A DNA stretch of 64,000 nucleotides from a virus: positions 89,760 to 153,759 of the IMG/VR virus record IMGVR_UViG_3300050190_000082. One strand, written 5' to 3'. The translations under genes were made by a program, and so were the position numbers. Within the stretch, counting starts at the first letter, position 1; each line of letters opens with the position of its first letter. Positions 61,063-64,000 of this stretch are shown in pieces. The notes beneath the pieces were generated by a model. It was not told the origin of the DNA. It searched no databases and saw only the letters and a program-made list of their open reading frames with translations.

Positions 61063-61236
61063 TTATTTTATTGTTATGTAAAATTCTGTTAGTGCTTTAA
61101 ATAATTCATCTGTTTTTGTAAACTTATATGTTCTTATTTGACTATCCCTTTTTATGAATACTGGCTTAATTCCTTTTGTTGATAAATAATCAACCTCCAG
61201 ACTCCATTGTGTAGCATATTCTTTATCGAACTTCAT
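61063..61236 (-). CDS. 57-aa conserved small phage protein
   Basis: AGGTGG RBS; MKFDKEYATQW..EV.YL..KGI...TYKF.KT.ELF.AL. Confidence 0.7.
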   Translation of the reverse strand: MKFDKEYATQWSLEVDYLSTKGIKPVFIKRDSQIRTYKFTKTDELFKALTEFYITIK

Positions 61237-61259
61237 ATTGTTATAACCACCTTTTTATT

Positions 61260-61565
61260 GTTGTACAATTGTACATTGTGCTCACACACTTATGCGTTTA
61301 CTTTCTAGAATGTACCCCCTATTTTGAGTACAAATTCTATATTGTAATTTAATTTGTGCTCAACTACATTTGCGTTCAAATACAGAGATATTTAGAAAGT
61401 AAACGCTTTTCTAGTTGAGCATCCTCTGCGTTTGTACGCAAAACCGTGTAGGCATGTTTAGAATGTGAACGCTTTTCTATGCCCCGATCCCAGTGAATAA
61501 AGAGTACTATAAGTATAAAGAGTAAAAGAAGAATAAAGAGTTAAATACTATGAAGAGTTATATAG
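61260..61565. repeat. Repeat cluster, putative origin or structured RNA
   Basis: 14-bp inverted repeat GCGTTTACTTTCTA, 23-bp near-direct repeat TTTAGAA(A/T)GT(A/G)AACGCTTTTCTA, four AAGAGT units. Confidence 0.6.
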
Positions 61566-61625
61566 ATTTGCAAAACAAATCTTTTTTGGATTTCTGTTTT
61601 TGTCTGTTCACATTCTGTATTTGTT

Positions 61626-62270
61626 TTAGATAATTGTCTGGTTATATTTTTCATTTAAAAATTCTATTGCATCTTCATACTCTTCTTCCTTTACCTTGAT
61701 CTTAATTGTTTTATATTTCTGTTTAGGTACTGTATAACTCCATGCTTCTCTAGAGTTTACTACATTCCAATCATCTAGAGTTTTATATTTCTCTATAAAC
61801 TCATTCTCCTTATTTCTTATTTGTTGTTCTGTTTCATTTGTAGCAATCCATACTATTCTAAACTCAGCATCATTATTTAACATATCTTGTGTTGGTAATT
61901 TATTATTTTTACTAATATGTTGTTGGAATCTAGGTCTGAATCCATATGTTGTAGATCCTATATAAATATCATTGAATAATATTATAGAATATACACCAGT
62001 GCGTTTATCATATTCTCTATCTACCTTATATTGAGGGTAGTCTCTTTTGTTTCCTCCTCCTCTATTTTCCACCTTTACCCTTATTAAGGGTACTTTATAT
62101 ATTTCACTTACAGAATACAATGTTTTATTTTTAGTAATATTCATTAGATTTTCTAATTCTTTAAGTTGTGACCGCTTTGATCTTGTATTATCCTTCTATT
62201 CTATAGATAGCACTTCACATAAACCCTTATATTTATAGATTTTATTTAACTCAATTTTATCAGTATCCAA
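61626..62270 (-). pseudogene. GIY-YIG domain protein with in-frame TAG at 62196-62198
   Basis: GVY....YIGST...RF.QH; frame extends upstream through TAG to TTG 62270 (LCEVLSIE*KDNTRSKRSQLKELE). Confidence 0.6.
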
Positions 62271-62476
62271 TAATTCATAGTCTCCTTTATTTATTTTATA
62301 GGCTACATTAGATAGAAGGGGGAACGAAAAATTAAATAATAAACCATTCACTACGTTCATCATTTTACTATTTAATTTTTATAAAAGTATTTTCTTTTCA
62401 TCTTTAGCTATCTAATCCATAATATATTTTCCTCCAATCTGAATAATAAATTTGTTTATATTTATATCCATATACA

Positions 62477-62505
62477 AGTATACCATAATTGAATAGTATA
62501 GTCAA
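62477..62505 (-). promoter_or_regulatory. Sigma-A type promoter
   Basis: TTGACT-17-TATACT with TG. Confidence 0.7.
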
Positions 62506-62519
62506 GTAATATTATATAT

Positions 62520-64000
62520 CATTAGTTAAAATTATTTTAGATGAATTTAGATACAAATGATAATTTACTCATAATTTTATAGCATCGAGTACCAATAATA
62601 ATTGATTCGATAAATATGTAAAAGTACGCCACTTATAGTAGAAGGAATTATTAATATTGGATTTGATATAGGCTGTAAGTGGGGTGTAGTAAGGGTTTAG
62701 AGGCTGTTATGATTTTGTTTTATTATTGATCTTGGATGATTTATTATGGATTTGAGTTTGATTTTATTATTGATATAAAATGTGTTCGGTAGAATTGTAA
62801 TTATTGATTTAAATTTGATGGATTTGTTTGTAATTATTTAAGATTATGTTTTTGTGAAAGCATTATGGATAGTATGTTTGAGGGATTATAGGTTAGATGT
62901 TATTAGTTGGATAATTGTTTGAATTGAGATTTATATGGGTTAGAGATGATTAATTTATGATAATTGTATTGGGCTGTAATGGTTGCTGTGTGGGAGTTTT
63001 ATCGAAGAGTTAGCGAAGAGAAAAATGTAGGTTTTAGATGGGAGAGGATAATTGTTTGTAGATTTGAAACAATTTAGGTTTAGATTTGAATTTTATGGTC
63101 TCGAAATGAGGAAATAAATTGAGTGTGAAAGTAGATGTACTGTGCACGAATTGTGTCGAATGATGTCGATGATTGTTGTAAAGTACGCCCCTAGTTACTG
63201 CAATTTGTCAAGTTATTTATTTTAATATATTTTTCATTCTCAATTAGAATCTAGACATGATACCTCCACCTACTTAAAAACCCTACAAACCGCTTATAGG
63301 TTGATTCCTGCTGATATCTGAAGTTAACAAAATATCATTGTGTTAACTTCAAATGATTTATAGGGTTATATTAGTACTCTTTTGTGATTTGAACGCCTTA
63401 GAAGGGCGTATATGGATCAAATAGTATAGGTCTGTGATTCCTGGGCATAGTTGGTGCATGATGCTGCAATTTTGACCATAAAGGTCTGAATTTTTTATTC
63501 GTTGTGTTTTGTCTGGGTGCAGTCTGATAAATCGTAGGGTATAACAGAAAATTTGTGAATGAACTATTAATACTCTACTATACTAACGCATTAATGCTTT
63601 AACACTTTAGTTAACTAAAGGATTATATAATCATTATAAACTAATACTAACTATCACTAAGTAATTATATAATACTAATAATAACTTTTAATAAATATAT
63701 ACTACTATAATGCAACTATTACTATTAATGTAATCATTCCAATTAACATATCATTACAATCTAATACATAATACCATTAACCATACATTAACTATATATA
63801 ATCATTCTAACATACTAATCATTACAACTAACTAATACTTACTATTAACTAATCATATCACACTAAGACATAGCCACTATATAATACATTCTATACTAAC
63901 AACTAACTAATACTATATACTAATACATACAACTTAATAACTATATCTATATACTAATGTATCTTATAAACTAATCATTACTACATTATAATAAATCTAA
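62520..64000. other. Long non-coding region with opposing G/C strand skews
   Basis: No ORF of 60 aa or more; G/T-rich plus strand at about 62640-63180, G-poor A/C/T low complexity at about 63560-64000. Confidence 0.75.

Noticed and set aside
37-62238. Numerous short plus-strand ORFs in the track
   Set aside because: Antisense shadows of long minus-strand genes, no RBS or motifs; only 20489 and 23804 are credible plus-strand genes
62330-62435. Gene after strong GGAGG RBS at about 62430
   Set aside because: ATG GAT TAG then another stop within 14 codons; at most a decayed remnant
1-64000. Genome-wide TAG recoding
   Set aside because: Many genes end in TAG immediately before the next RBS or a second stop, and long genes have no internal TAG
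61260-64000. CRISPR array
   Set aside because: Repeats are short, degenerate and lack regular spacers; no cas genes

Overview
AT-rich segment of a large SPbeta-like (Firmicutes, probably clostridial-type host) siphophage or prophage, almost all on the minus strand. Reading in transcription direction (right to left): a long non-coding, strongly strand-skewed region; a Rep-like gene with an upstream repeat-rich putative origin; a YonO-like single-subunit RNA polymerase; PIN-PhoH, HU, two tRNA genes, a metallophosphoesterase and a ClpP-like protease; then the virion module (terminase subunits, portal, protease/scaffold, capsid, head-tail, tail tube), a YomM-like tyrosine recombinase, an accessory island (antirepressors, GNAT pair, HTH), tail chaperones, tape measure, baseplate and tail fibres. 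Main discoveries from reading the sequence: (1) the tape-measure gene is split by two ORF-less group I introns whose removal gives one 2030-aa frame, and the two introns share a near-identical 3' domain on different cores; (2) at least five unrelated inserted nuclease/antirepressor genes carry the same structured 5' leader (junction with a palindromic loop plus a loop complementary to the RBS region); (3) three nucleases share an N-terminal module but have swapped catalytic domains; (4) a baseplate gene appears split into three pieces with fibre genes inserted at the breaks; (5) two genes contain in-frame amber codons in the same GAA-TAG-AAR context; (6) a dispersed 28-bp recombinase-like site. 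Family assignments come from motif recognition and synteny, not database searches.
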